Source of the DNA: Psilocybe cubensis
Lineage: Eukaryota
Length of the DNA stretch: 64,000 bases
NCBI GenBank assembly: GCA_017499595.2
Contig: CM038998.1
Span: forward strand, 372,001-436,000
Direction of reading: 5' to 3'
Numbering within the stretch: position 1 is the stretch's first letter; each line of letters starts with the position of its first letter. Positions 12,525 through 25,190 of this stretch are shown here, piece by piece. The notes below the pieces were generated by a model that was not told where the DNA came from, did not search any database, and was given only the letters and a program-made list of their open reading frames with translations. The translations under genes and the position numbers were made by a program.

Positions 12525-14641
12525 ATGGCTCATTCATCCCAATTACAATCATCATACGAATCCCACCCGTCCATCTTTGTGCCCTCTTCTTCCTCTACCT
12601 CCTCTGCCGCGTCGCTTCCCCCTACGAAGAAAGATTTCCTTTCTCGGCAACACTGTCCTTGTGTACGCTTCACAGACACTTCAATGTCATGTCGCCAGCG
12701 AATTCTACAGGGGAACTTATGCGAAAGTTGTCGTTGGAAAGACGCGACCGAACGGTTAATCATGAACTGCGAAATGTTTCTTCGAGGAGAAATAGGTTCT
12801 ATGGCGCATGAAGGCAAGTTATATATAACAAGCTGCGAGACGCCGTCGATGGCTTACCTTACTTATCAGATACAAATGTATCCGCCGTGAGTGTCAGAGG
12901 CACCGGATGTCACCAGCGCAATGATTGCCCCCTTCCCGATGCCGTCAATGCCATCCAACGGCTATCTTCAAGGTGTCTTGCGATTTCAGACCGCAACCGC
13001 GCACCCTGCCAGACTTGTAATGTGTGCCGCTCCGGCATGCAGATTCAAGCGGTCCTGGCAGCCACTCTAAACCTATATTGGCGCTACAAATGCATCATTA
13101 TAAGACGCGCAAATGAAACTCACGACCCAATAACCTCAAAACTCCCCAACGAGCTTGTCGTCATTATATTCAAATTCGCGTGTGATGACGACTGGGATGG
13201 GCCGCTGACTTTAGGCGCGGTATGCCAGCAATGGCGCGCCATAATCTACGCAACGCCGTCATTTTGGACGACAATCTGGCTAAATGTCAAGCTTGCCTTC
13301 GGCAGCAGTTATAACCCAGATAGTGCAATGTCGAGTCGAAATCAGAGGAAGATGGATTTGTTCCGTGGATGGCTTGCACGTAGTGGTGAACTCCCAATTT
13401 CGTTATGGCTTACCTTGGGGAAGAAGTACACGGGGCAGGCCAACGAAATTCAGCGCGAGCTTCGACAGGACGAGGTCGAGCGGGAGTTTGGGCCCTTTGT
13501 TGCTCTAGTAAACAGCTACTCGTCGAGGTTCAAATTCATTGACATAGAAGCTCTACAAAGTATGCTGCTAGCCCTCGGGCCAGCGTACGAAGGACCGTTG
13601 CTCCGACGCTTGAAGATAACGGCTTTGGACGGGGGGCATTATTACACTCCGGAAAAGGAAGACGAAGATACCGAGGAGGAATTTACTGCCATATCGCGTC
13701 AGGCAGCCGATGGACGCAATCTGGAGCTGTTCTTGATTAACCACGAATTCAACAACATCGACTGCCAAAGGTTAAATGTAACAAACATTTCATCTCAATA
13801 TTTTGAAACAGAATCACTACTTCGAGCTCTAAAAGAAACTCCAGACGTTCTTGAGTGTAGGATGGCGTATTATATTCACACTCCACTCGCTACCGCGGAG
13901 CCAGTCACTCATTTACGTCTTACAAGCCTATCGATAAAGGATGGGTTGAATCAAGGACTGGAAATTTTGATGGAGGTATGCCTCCCGTCTTTAAAAGTCC
14001 TCAAGGTACACCTACCCGGGCAGTCCGATGTCGTCGACAACTGCATCCTGATCTCGGAGTTCATTCACAACTCCAACTGCAAGCTGACTGAATTGGAACT
14101 TTTTTTTGCCAATCTTCAAGAAAACGAGGTTGAGGCGATAATGGCGTACCTTTTATGGACACGACTTTTGCACGATCTCGAGGAATTCACTTTGCTCAAG
14201 TTGGATTTCAACCCCGATTCATTGTTCGATGTTTTGAGTCGTAGCTCATTGAATGGAATACATTCCGCATACGCTAAAGAAGACGGAAACTGCAAGTACG
14301 ACCACCTAAATCCCCAGGAGGTAGACCCGGACACGATGGTTTTCCTCCCTAGTTTGAAATCATTCACATATTCCTTGACTACGTCCGACCTCCGCGACAC
14401 TATACCTTGGAATACTTTGGTTGATTCCTTTGGGCCCCTGTCAAAGGCCCAACGTCGACCCTTGACAAGCGTCAAAATCATCCCCGAGTGGAAACTCGGC
14501 AATCTGAAGACGACAAAACCGCTTCTGGATTCCCTCTCCCTCTCCCAAGATTCCGTAAAAAATCTTATCACGGCCATACAAGCGGGATGCCACATAATGC
14601 TGCCTGCAGAGATTGAAGAAGATGATCTAGCAGAAGTATAA
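12525..14641 (+). CDS. F-box-like protein with degenerate LRR-type C-terminus
   Basis: HDPITSKLPNELVVIIFKFAC...PLTLGAVCQQWRAIIYATPSFWTTI and WLARSGELPISL are typical Agaricomycete F-box-like motifs. Exon 1 (12525-12813) joins in frame through a 56-nt GC-AG intron (12814-12869). Confidence 0.85.
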
Positions 14642-16333
14642 ATCACAAACACTAAAAGTTATGAATCACGACGATATTGCCATTTATGTCCAGCCATTGC
14701 CATCTATGCACATTATTTCTGTATATCTACATCATCCAGCACCATATGTACAGTATTTACACTACAAATCTATGTCAACATAATACTCATGTCGCGTTTG
14801 AATGAGTAAACCTCCTCCTCCAGGTTGTTCGTTATGCATAGTAGTAACATGATGCAACTCTATTTACATTCTAGTAGCCTCTCGACGAATGTATAAGCTA
14901 GAGGTATTTTTCAGACCCTATATGCTTCAATAAGCTTACTCACATTTTATTTACTTCAAGCCGCCAATCCACGTTTAGAGGTCACAAAATATCAACTGTC
15001 GCCACCGTGTCAGTACAGTTGTGTCGCAACGCGCGACTATAGACGCGCGTCGCGCGGTGACTACAGACACGCGTCGCATGATGGGCCTGTCACTGTCACT
15101 GCACTGCCTTAGGTAATGACAACAGCGGGTTGAGGAGAAGCCGAGATTCCATGTCTGACCTTTTTCACCTTTCCACTTGCCTTCCTCCCGAGGTCCAAAT
15201 TCTTCTCTCAAGTTTCTATCAGACCAGCGGATTCAGCACATTATGTGTGTCTAACGACTGTGGAGCAAGCATATGACCTACATCGTTTTGCATTGCATGG
15301 AAAATCCACAAGAGTTTCCACCATCCCACAGAAAAGGTTCGGAATACTGATTCGTCGACAACTCAACGTTGTGCACCTTGCTTATGTGTACTGTTTGCTA
15401 GAGCCCGAAATTTCTGCGGAAGAAAGCCTCAAATTCATGTGGTGGCTCTCATGTGTCTTCAAGTAGATGTCCTCTACGTTTTTTGCCTCAGACAACACGA
15501 TGCCGTTACCCTACATTGTGCTCTCTATTGAACCTCTCAAAAACGACCCTCAAAAACGCACCCTGTCAAGAAGACGCCAAAAGACGTCCCTAAAGCGGGC
15601 AACTTGCCAAATGGTTAATCATTTGATCACGCTGAGCTAATTAAAGTAGCCTCGTACATGCAGTGGCCACAAAGTCGAGAAAATTTGGGCTTTCTTTTGA
15701 ACGTCATGTCTATTTGTGGCTGCAAATTTAGAGACAACACAAAGGTCCTGCGCATGCTGTTCGATTATTTTTTCAATTCCATTTTTCCCACTGTCTACTC
15801 ATGATATCCGTTTAAATAGGCTCAGAATATAGATTGAATTCGGTGAGTGTAATATCTCGACTTATTACGTTCCAGTATATAATGATCCAGATACAGGGCT
15901 TCTTGATGATTGTTGTGGCTTTGCATACTTGTGTCACTTCCGAAATGGGACTTAACTAGTTAACTAGCAATTGCATATTCCTGGACGCTCTATAAGCGAA
16001 CTTGTTCATCCATTCTTTCAAGGTTGTATACACCAAGCTTATCCCCTTTGTTTGCCGCCGGTGTTTTGGAGCTGCGATGCGCAAAAAACCAATAGGACGC
16101 ACGATAGCCTTTGCATTGTTTATTCGGACCACTTAAAGGTTGGAAACAAGGTCTAAGTGACCTGTCTTTAAAGCTCTCTATCCATTATGTCCGTCATAGT
16201 TGGGCTTCAACGACAAAGGAGTCCGAATAAGTTGAGCACTTTTGCTTGACATCTTCCGCTACATTTGTGGCAGGTAAAGTAAGGGGTTGATTCGAGTCTG
16301 CTTTTTCTTTAATATTTACAGGGGGCATGGGGG

Positions 16334-16340
16334 TATAAAA
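16334..16340 (+). promoter_or_regulatory. TATA box of family copy A
   Basis: TATAAAA 90 bp upstream of ATG 16424; copies C and D have a TATA box at a similar distance. Confidence 0.6.
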
Positions 16341-16423
16341 GAAAAACCAACTCACAGTTATTCCTCAGTTCTACATTCAAGAACCCGGGCGGTCCATTGC
16401 TAACAAGCAAACAAATCTCAACG

Positions 16424-19245
16424 ATGTCTAAATCGACGAACAACCTCATTTTTCGCAACTGTGAGTGTGATCTCATCGCGACGTCGCGCAGACATGAAAA
16501 TCTGACATTTGTGCAGTCTTGACTGACGATGTTGTGTCCACCAAGGCGACAGCCTTCGTAAGATTTTAATGCCTCATCGGATAACAATTGTCGCTCACAC
16601 CCCAGTAGACGCCGGATATCATCCCCCACTTTGGCAACAAAGTCGATCCGGCGGTTTTGATCAGTGAATACGACCTGTTCATGAGCCTCCCGCTTCAACC
16701 AAGCGAGACCAACAATGTCTTTTTCAGAGGACAGACGACCTCTAGCGTTACCGCAGGATCCAAGACTGCCGTTGTTCTCCGTGCGGTTCCCAGCGAGCTC
16801 ATCTTGTGGCCTCAAGTTTGGAACCAAGTCAAGCCCACTGGCCCAGGGCCTCTCGTTATCGATACTTCCACTCCCAACTCAGGTACGCTAAACATCATTA
16901 ACGTACAATGACTATACTAAAGGAGGTGTTTATCAGTGGTTGCATTGGGCACACCGTTCGCATTTAAGCCACCAAACATGGGCGGGTTCAACACCACGCT
17001 GATCGCCACGCAGTCTCCAGTTCCGGCTGTGGTCAACTCGAAGACACGTTTCAGGGACGCGTTGCAAGCACCACCTGCTAATGCCAACAACTGGCAGGAC
17101 ATGGTCGACTTTATCAACAACGACACATCGACCGTCTTTTACAATGTAATTTTCTTTGGAAGCTTGTCATATGAAACCTTGCTCACCATTAATATCTAGG
17201 TCGTTGTCGCGGACCCTAACGCACCAGTCATCAGTGTCTCCACACGCCTTCGGGTTATCGACGATGGTACATCCCCTCTCAACTTTTTGATAACCCTTGC
17301 AGTATGTTCTTGCTTGACTATAATTTGGCAATACAATTAACACACGATAGACTTCGACGATGCCAGCGGGAACATCTGTGTCTATGTCTTCCCCAAGTGG
17401 GATGATCAATCTGGACAAGGTCGCTCTCACAGATGATATTGGAGTTCATGTCAGCCTCTCGGGCGGATTTGACGACATCATCACACTCAACATCTTCCCC
17501 GCGGCAGAAGATACGATTGAGACGTTTGCTTGGGTCTCCCTTCAAGCAAGCATTGTCGTGCCCCAAACTGGTCTCATCCCCATCAGCGAAGTCTTTTTGC
17601 TTGGATCCCTTAACGTTGTGTTCCACGATGACGCTACCACCAACTTGAGGTTCTCGAGTCCAACCGCCAATCAGCTTAAGGAACATCTCAAAGTGAAGAA
17701 AGCTGAAGCTCAGGCTGTCGTGGTTCAGGAAGGCACTGTTGGGACCACTGACGTTATCAGTGGTGCAGCAACTGGATGGTGGTTCCGTGATGCGATCGGC
17801 GACACAAACTCATTCCCTCGAACGTCTGTTGTGTCTCATTCACCTGGTGTGCATTTTTCATCTTTTCGTCTCGATTAAAATTATAATTTAGCATACCATA
17901 GACATCCAACCCGTTGGAAATGTTCCTCAATCTGATTCACAGACCATTCTTGGAGGTTCCAATGCCAATACGGATTGGTCGGATGCGAATGCCATCGATG
18001 TGAGCCAAGGCGCACCCAACTTTATATATTTACGAGGGAATTGCACATTGGGAAACGATTTCGTGACCGAATTCAGGCTGTTCTGTGTTCCAAACGCCAT
18101 CCTGATCTACCCGACCAACTATGCTCAGTTCTCAGTCACTGACTTCGACGTCAATGGAGACCCTTTCGTTGCCACTCGCACCATCACATCGACCTCTGCA
18201 AATAGTTTCAATGTACTGGACACGGCGTTTGACTTGTTGAACCCACTACCTCTGCCATCGGGAAGTGACCACTACTGCCTAATCGCTGAATCGCGCAATC
18301 CTACTGCCGACAACCCGGACCCTGATTGGCCGCATGAAGACACAGGCGCATTTGCTTCGGGTGAGTTGTGGTCTTCATTAGATTCTCAGAAGGAACTCAC
18401 CGTCGGTCTCATAGCCGCTGGATTCAACACGTGGGTTGCTAGTAACCCCGATGTCTGTGTGAGGGATATCACATACCAGGCTGGTGGTGCTCAAATAATC
18501 TGCACCGCCCTCATCTCTATTCCAGGAGGTGTGTTCCCCTCCTCTGCTGAGTGGACGTTGGAGGTAGATGCGGTGAACGCCCCTGTTGGTTCTTCCTGTA
18601 TGTATTTCAGCTTCACTTTCCTTTAAAATGCATCAAACAACTGATTTGTACAGGGGCTTTAACTGGAAATGGTCCTTCGGTTCCTGGTCTCTCCATCGGT
18701 TTTGCTCGGACAACCATTACCAATCAGGTTTAGTTATATTTGCTTTTGATCATTAATGCGGAAACTAATCAGTCAATTACTGTAGCAGTCTGAAGGTTGC
18801 CATTTCACTGGTCTTCCGTCGAGCGGCTACTCGTTCTCGGTTATCTTGCAATGGTTCTCCGAAGGCTTCACTCCTGGTGATGGCATGACCCTCTCCTTCG
18901 TTTTGTTCACGACTTCTGCCCCCACGTAGGTTTCATCCCTTCTCCCATGAAGTAAATCTCACGTTTGTGGATCACAGGGCAAATGTGAATACCAGCAACT
19001 TTTTCAAGGACGCTGTATCCCTTCCTCACAGAGCAGTCGACTGGCCTTTCACCGTTGGTATCCACCACCCAGGAATTGAGAACCAAGGTGACGGTAAGAA
19101 AAACAACAAAGGATACCTCGGTCGCCGCTACAAGGAGATTGGGCCTAACCAATGGCCTTACACGATGTCTAACAACTTCAAGACAATCCCGCCTACTGTT
19201 GTCTACTCCGTCGGCGGAGATAGCTGGAACTTCAAGTTCTCCTAA
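16424..19245 (+). CDS. Uncharacterised tandem-domain protein family, copy A (11 exons, 760 aa)
   Basis: Exons 16424-16460, 16517-16557, 16609-16882, 16937-17145, 17200-17301, 17351-17846, 17902-18360, 18415-18597, 18654-18727, 18786-18925, 18978-19245 total 2283 nt with an open frame and GT-AG introns. Paralogous exon by exon with 48141-51010 and 59531-62382. Confidence 0.9.
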
Positions 19246-19589
19246 TGGTCGGCACGGATGACGAGGACGCATAATAGACAATGGTTACAATGAAAATTGG
19301 AAGCTGAACTACGGTACTTAATGAGAAATATAAAAGCATAAAAAAACTTTGTTTTACTACTATGACAAAGATGTTGTGGCATTGGTCAATGTGTGTCTGT
19401 ATATATGTAGGCCAGTCACAACGCTCTATGAGCTCATTAAGTTTGTAGTGGGGGCCACAAACTGCCTCCTTTCATGACGCCCACCGTCATGACGAGCATG
19501 AAATTATGGTACGCTACTTCACGCTATAGCCAAAAATCAGGATTTTAGCAGGATCCTCTGATTTTGTCCCTGATCATATAAGTTGTAAG

Positions 19590-20520
19590 TTTGGCTTGCT
19601 TGATGGTTTCAGTACTTCGCCGAAGTCTTTGTCTTGTAGTGTTCGGAAAGGCCTTCATTCCGGAGGTTTCTGTGGTATGCCGTTGTAATACCATCCGTCA
19701 ATCTCGTAAGTCTAGTTTTCTTAACTGGAGGATGGTGTCTCTCTGTCACTTGCCTTTATTTGACTGGATCTAGAATCTTCCCATCCTCTCGCTCTCCATG
19801 GCGCCAGAGCGAGATATGTTATCTCCGGTTTTGGTGTGATAAAGTGCTTCCAGGGCTTTAATATATTCTTCTAGTACGTCTGCATTGGATTGTATCCTGT
19901 CTAGCAGTGAATCGAGCATCGAGTGATTTTAGTCTGTTCTTTAGGTCAGTATTGGGTTTAGCTATGTTAGCGTCCATTTTTGTTGTTTTTGTGCTTGCAA
20001 AGTTTCTTGTGAATGTCGAGACATACCCTAACATTCTTGAATATTTTTGTGTCGAGTGGATTGTGGTTTATATTTTTAACGATGTCATCAACTTGAACTT
20101 GGGCGGCGTTTCAGATGGTTTTGATTGCTTTTATGAGTTTCTTGTTCTTTATAAGGGAGTAGGACGGTCCATCTGCTTTCCCCAATGAAGGGAGATTCGG
20201 AACTTTTGAATCCCGTTGAAACCGTCATGGCATGGTTAGTTTTACTAATTTGGCCTGAGGCTAGTTGTAGTTACGGGTCGCATTATAGGTATATTTTGGT
20301 TGTGTACAATCTATCCTGCAGTAGGATTGGGTTGTGTCTTGAGAGTATGTAAAGACAGCTTCATTTAGGTGTGCTTTGAACCACCCATCTATGAATCCTG
20401 CTTCCATGAGTATCTGTAGACTTGTGACTATTTTCTTTTGGTTTTTGTACGCTGGGAGGTAGCCTATGGCTTCATCTACAATGTTAAAATTGCTTAACAC
20501 AAATTCTAGGGTCGGAGGGC
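19590..20520 (-). mobile_element. Degenerate non-LTR retrotransposon (LINE) fragment, AP-endonuclease region
   Basis: Minus-strand LSNFNIVDEAIGYLP (cf. LGDFNxVEDxxDRLP), FIDGW..H...VFTY...QS..RID, NHAM.V, P.IGESRW and E.E....*...NK.K..RDTI..L, broken by stops and frameshifts. Confidence 0.7.
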
Positions 20521-20522
20521 TT

Positions 20523-21470
20523 CCATCTAATACAAACAACTTCAATGTACTGCACACAGCCTTTGACTTGTTAAATTCATTGCCTCCACCACCGGGACTT
20601 GACCACTACACCGAGTCGAGCAATCCTACTGCCGACAATCCGGACCCAGACTGGATACATGAAGACACAGGCATATCTGCTTCGAGTGAGTCGTGGTCGT
20701 CAGTAGATCAGAACGGACTCGGATTCATCGTCGGTTGTTTAGCTGCTGGATTCAACACTTGGGTTGCTCGTAGCCCTGATGGCTGCGTGCAGAGTACCAC
20801 ATACCAGGACAGTGGCGCACAGATGACCTGCACCGCCCATATTGATATTCCAGCCGGTGTATACCCCTCGTCTGCTGAGTGGACGCTGGAGGTAGATGCG
20901 CAAAATGCCCCTGTCGGTTCTTCCTGTATGCGTTCTCCGTCACTTCCCTTTACAACGGATTAAATAATTGAACTGTGTAGGGGCTTTAACTGCATATGGA
21001 CCTTCAGTTCCTGGTATTTCCATTGGCTTCTCCCGGACAACCATTACCGATCAGGTTTGTCAGGCAATAATGCACAGATAATTATTAATAATTACTGTAG
21101 GAGTCCGAGGAATGCCACTTTACTGGCATTCCATCGAGTGGATACTCATTCTCCGTTGTTCTTCAATGGTTCTCGGAGGGAAAGGCTCCTGGCACTGACA
21201 TGAGCTTCTCCATCGTTTTATCGACTACCTCCCCCCCTGAGTATGTTTCATGGCTTCTCCCATGAAATAAATCTCATATTACCGTGACAATACAGGGGAA
21301 CCGTGAATACCAATAACAACAAAGTACACCTTGGCCGCCGCCGCTACAAGGAGATTGGGTCCAACCAATGGCCACATGCGGAGATGGACAAGGATGACAA
21401 CTTGAAGTCAATCCCGCCTGATATCGTCTACTCCGTCGGCGGAGACCACTGGAACTTCAAGTTCTCCTAA
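20523..21470 (+). pseudogene. 5'-truncated copy B of the tandem-domain family
   Basis: Homologous to the end of exon 7 through exon 11 of copy A (FNVLHTAFDLLN...NPTADNPDPDW.HEDTG...EWTLEVDA...DHWNFKFS-TAA), with introns retained. Exons 1-6 are missing, DHYCLIAE is reduced to DHYTE, and the last exon lacks the DWPFTVGIHHPG block. Confidence 0.85.
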
Positions 21471-22358
21471 TTGCTCGGCACAAGCTGGTAAATCGAAATT
21501 GGTAAACACTGTAAAGAAATCTTGAGACTGGGATACGGTACTATTTCACAAATATAAAAGCAACAAAAAAATCTATGCTTAACTACGACAGAGTTGTAGT
21601 GGGGTTGGACAATGTGATCACAAGTGTATATGAAAACCATCATTCTGACTCCACTGAGGTTCTAGAGGATGTCATTTAAATAATCGAAGGTCAGGGCCAT
21701 AATTAATATATTCAGTTTCTACGACAGAGATGTGGTGGCTCCGAAGGGCGAAAAAATCAAATCGACAATGCGAGTCCTTGTCCTCGTATTGGCTACGGTA
21801 CTATTCGTAAAAGCAAAACGCAAAAACTATGTCCTACTACTGCCACAGAGATGTTGTGGCAGCGTCCACCCAATATGGGTAATTGGGTAATCGATCCGAA
21901 AGAGGATGGGAGGCCGAGACTAGCCCTTGCTGAGCTTGGTTGTAACGTCCCTGTGCGTTTACTGTGGCGATATCGTTACCAGTAACGTGGTGCCATTTCT
22001 TGAGGGGGGGTTGGAATATCGACATCCTTTCTCAAGAAAAATTCGCCATGACGAAAGAGATCATCGAGGATATTGTTAGCAATGTCGCAGGGTTGTAGGA
22101 AGAGCTTTTTTTCGACCCTATTCAGTTTATCAGTATATAACTGAAGAAGTATCATATCATACCGGCGCCGCTCCAATGATAGCCCACTATCAGCTCATCG
22201 AAATCATCAACTACCCATACTAAGTCCCCAATGTATGTTCATACAATAATTATATTTTGAACTTCCTTCTCGACCTTGGAAAAGTGTTGAAGCGAGAAAC
22301 AATGTTGAATACAAGCGAAGATGATATATAGATGACATCAAAGATCATATTTGTGTAT

Positions 22359-23841
22359 TCAGTTTGCACTATCGTCTTCTTGCTTCCAGCCAAAGGCATC
22401 ACCGCATTGGCCTAATCGCTCGCACACTTTGACCACTTTATGATCATCTATATTTGCGACGGAGAAGCGTATCCACCTATCCACTTCTTCAACCTTTACG
22501 TCGGCTTCTACATTTTTCCAATCTTCATCGTTCCGCTCGCGGTCTTGATCACCCTTGTCACCGCTCTCTTTCTCCTCCAAAAAAAAGGATGAAGGTAGTG
22601 TCACAACCCCGACTTGCTCAGCGAGTCTCCGGCTGACATCTGTCGCCTTCACATACAGGAACGGGTGCTTCACGTACGCGTAATAGCCTCCTTGTGCTCC
22701 AATATGCCATTTTTCGGGTAACCGTGACTTGAATAGCTGGTGTCGCGCATGCACCTGCTTGGCGGTGGTAGTGATAAAAGACCGTAGCTCGGGGAGCAGA
22801 GGTGCAAGTGCCATTTGAATGGGACGTGGAGCGCAAATTTGCAGAGTATCCAGAATAGATTTGATAGAACGAAGGAGGATTGGCGATGCCACAATGGCAC
22901 CCAGGCGGTGTCCAGGTAAACAGTATGCTTTCGAGAACGAGAAAAGATGTATAAAGGTGCTTCGCCACGCAAGGCTGTTTGCATTTGAGAACACGGTGTG
23001 AGGAGGGGACCCGGTGACGATAAAATCGCGGTATGTTTCGTCGACGATGAGTGCAACTCGAAACTCCGCTGCTAACGCGGCAAACTCTGAAATGAGGGTT
23101 GGAGAATATGTGGCACCTGTAGGATTGTTTGGAGTCACGAGTACAATGGCCTTGGTGTTTTTGGTGATGAGTTCCCGACAACGATCAACAGAAGGGGTGA
23201 AACCATCCTCTGGACGCGTTGTAAGAGGGATCGTCTTAATCCCTAGGAGTGTCAAAGTCATTCTAAATGCCGTCAGGATGCGTTTGAACGATCCACGAGA
23301 GGCATCTTACTGGTGGTTAAAGTACCTGAGAGATTTCAGCAATTGAATAGGAATCATGAGGGTACAATTTTTTGCACTCACCAAGGCACCGGCAGAATAA
23401 TTTCATCACCTGCGTCTGCCACACTCATCGTAGTCGCTACAAACGCCAAATTACAGCCAGATGTCAAAGCTACGTCATCTGCGTTGATGTCAGAGTTCGA
23501 GCCATATACAAGTTTCATCTGGCCAACGAGTGCTTGACGTAGGTCGGGTTCGCCATCCCATCGTGTATAACCAAAGCTGGTAGGAGAGGACGCTGCTTTT
23601 CCTAATGCAGATTGGACAGAATCAGGTGGGGGAACTCCGGGAACTCCTTGAGACATGTCAAGTAAGGGTCGCTTTTCAGAGGGTTTGTATCGACTTGCCC
23701 ATTCGTAAGCAAGAGGAATGCTACAATGCCATTGTCAGACCTATGGACAGAACGACAAGAAGGAAGGGTTCATGGAACTCACGGTGGAGCTATTGTTGAT
23801 AATACACCACGCGAAACTCTAAATCCCAGTGAGGTCGACAT
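22359..23841 (-). CDS. PLP-dependent aminotransferase class I/II
   Basis: MSTSLGFRVSRGVLSTIAPP|IPLAYEWA...LLDMSQGVPG, GCNLAF, PWYFNH, LVTPNNPTG, LIVDETY, FSFSKAYCLPGHRLG (PLP lysine), WIRFSVAN. Confidence 0.93.
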
Positions 23842-24031
23842 TGGATAAACACCTGGCAATATCTATGCGTCGGCGGCTATGTGGTTCGAGAACAAGACTT
23901 TGGAGAAAGGGTGAGAGCAATCGCGATGGCGTTATCGAACTAATCGGACCGGTAAGCCGTAGGAATCAAATACGAAAAGAGAGCACGTACGGAAAACGCA
24001 AAGGAGACCATCGACACAATACTTCAAAATA

Positions 24032-24929
24032 TCATTTTGTGCCAGTACTTCCAATTCCCATCTCAACAACATACTCTTCTCTGCCAATTCTCCTCATTTC
24101 CTCAACAACTTTGCCAACTTTTTGAAACTCTTTCCAGCGAGGGTGCCCTTCCGTTGAATCATCATCAAGCAGTGTCCGATCGCATTCGCGTGGCTGCAGA
24201 GGTTCGACAAATCGCACTTTCAAAGCAAGCCATTGCATGGCCTTGACATTCTCAACAAACTCTTCGATGTTCTGGCGATCTCCTTGAGCGTAGATAACGC
24301 CAGGGTAGCCCACTTTGGCAAAGCCAGTCAGAGACAAGGAGGATGACCACTGTTGTAAAGAACGTCGTTTATTAGGGGATATTAGGTGATGAGATGTGAA
24401 CAGGACATGGTAGGGTTCGACAGGAGACCGCCCTATAGCAGATGCTGGTAAGGGAGAGTTGTCAGTGCCGCAATGACGTTCGTGTTCTTCGTGCAGTAGC
24501 GGAAGCAAATGTAAGGAGACGAGTTGATAAATTGGGAACCTATAATTGATATCAATCAGCGAATGAAATGTGGAAAACTTGCGAAACGCACTCCGAGTCT
24601 GAGATTTCCTCCAATTTGTTGGAAATGAAAGAGTTCCACCAGTCTTGTTGGGAGCGCGACATATCCTCGCCCTTGACAGATACAGCACTCCCTCTCCCCC
24701 CTGCGGCAGAAAACGCAACTTCAAACCATGTTTTATAGCCAATAAGACGTATGCTGAAGAGCGCTGGGGATTCCAGGCGGTGAGTAGAATCTGGATCTAG
24801 GGAATATGCATCTAACGCTTCGGTCCATCCAGAATTGTCGTCGATAAATCTGAGTTCTTCATCAGGAAGCAATGAACATTTAATGAGTTGAAGTTCTTCG
24901 AGTTGGCGCGTTATAGACTCGGATAACAT
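24032..24929 (-). CDS. RWD-domain / DUF1115 (RWDD2-like) protein, 2 exons
   Basis: N-terminal RQLEELQLIKCSL (RWD start) and C-terminal SHHLISPNKRR...LTGFAKVGYPGVIYAQG; one intron at ~24540-24590. Confidence 0.8.
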
Positions 24930-25190
24930 TGAACGTTTAAGGTGATGCAGCAGAAATAATAAAGGGCTTTCCACTTTCAGTTTGAAAAAATCGGAGCAAA
25001 GATCGGAGTTGGAAACTCGACGAGCTTACTTAGCCAACGGCATAGCGGCATCAGTCTCGCTTTGATTCCTCACAGGCTCGCACTGAGTTTGGCATCAGAC
25101 AAATGTTGTGTTTTCTGTCAAATTATTCCAATGTTGGAATTGTATTACAAGGTAAAGAAGGCATCATGGATGATATAGGCAGCCTCCTAA

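Noticed and set aside
14116-14652. 178-aa minus-strand ORF
   Set aside because: Antisense to the F-box-like gene.
16309-16827. 172-aa minus-strand ORF
   Set aside because: Antisense across exons and introns of copy A, and not preserved in copies C or D.
21860-22200. Short minus-strand ORFs that look like a gene remnant
   Set aside because: No recognisable motif or consistent splice model.
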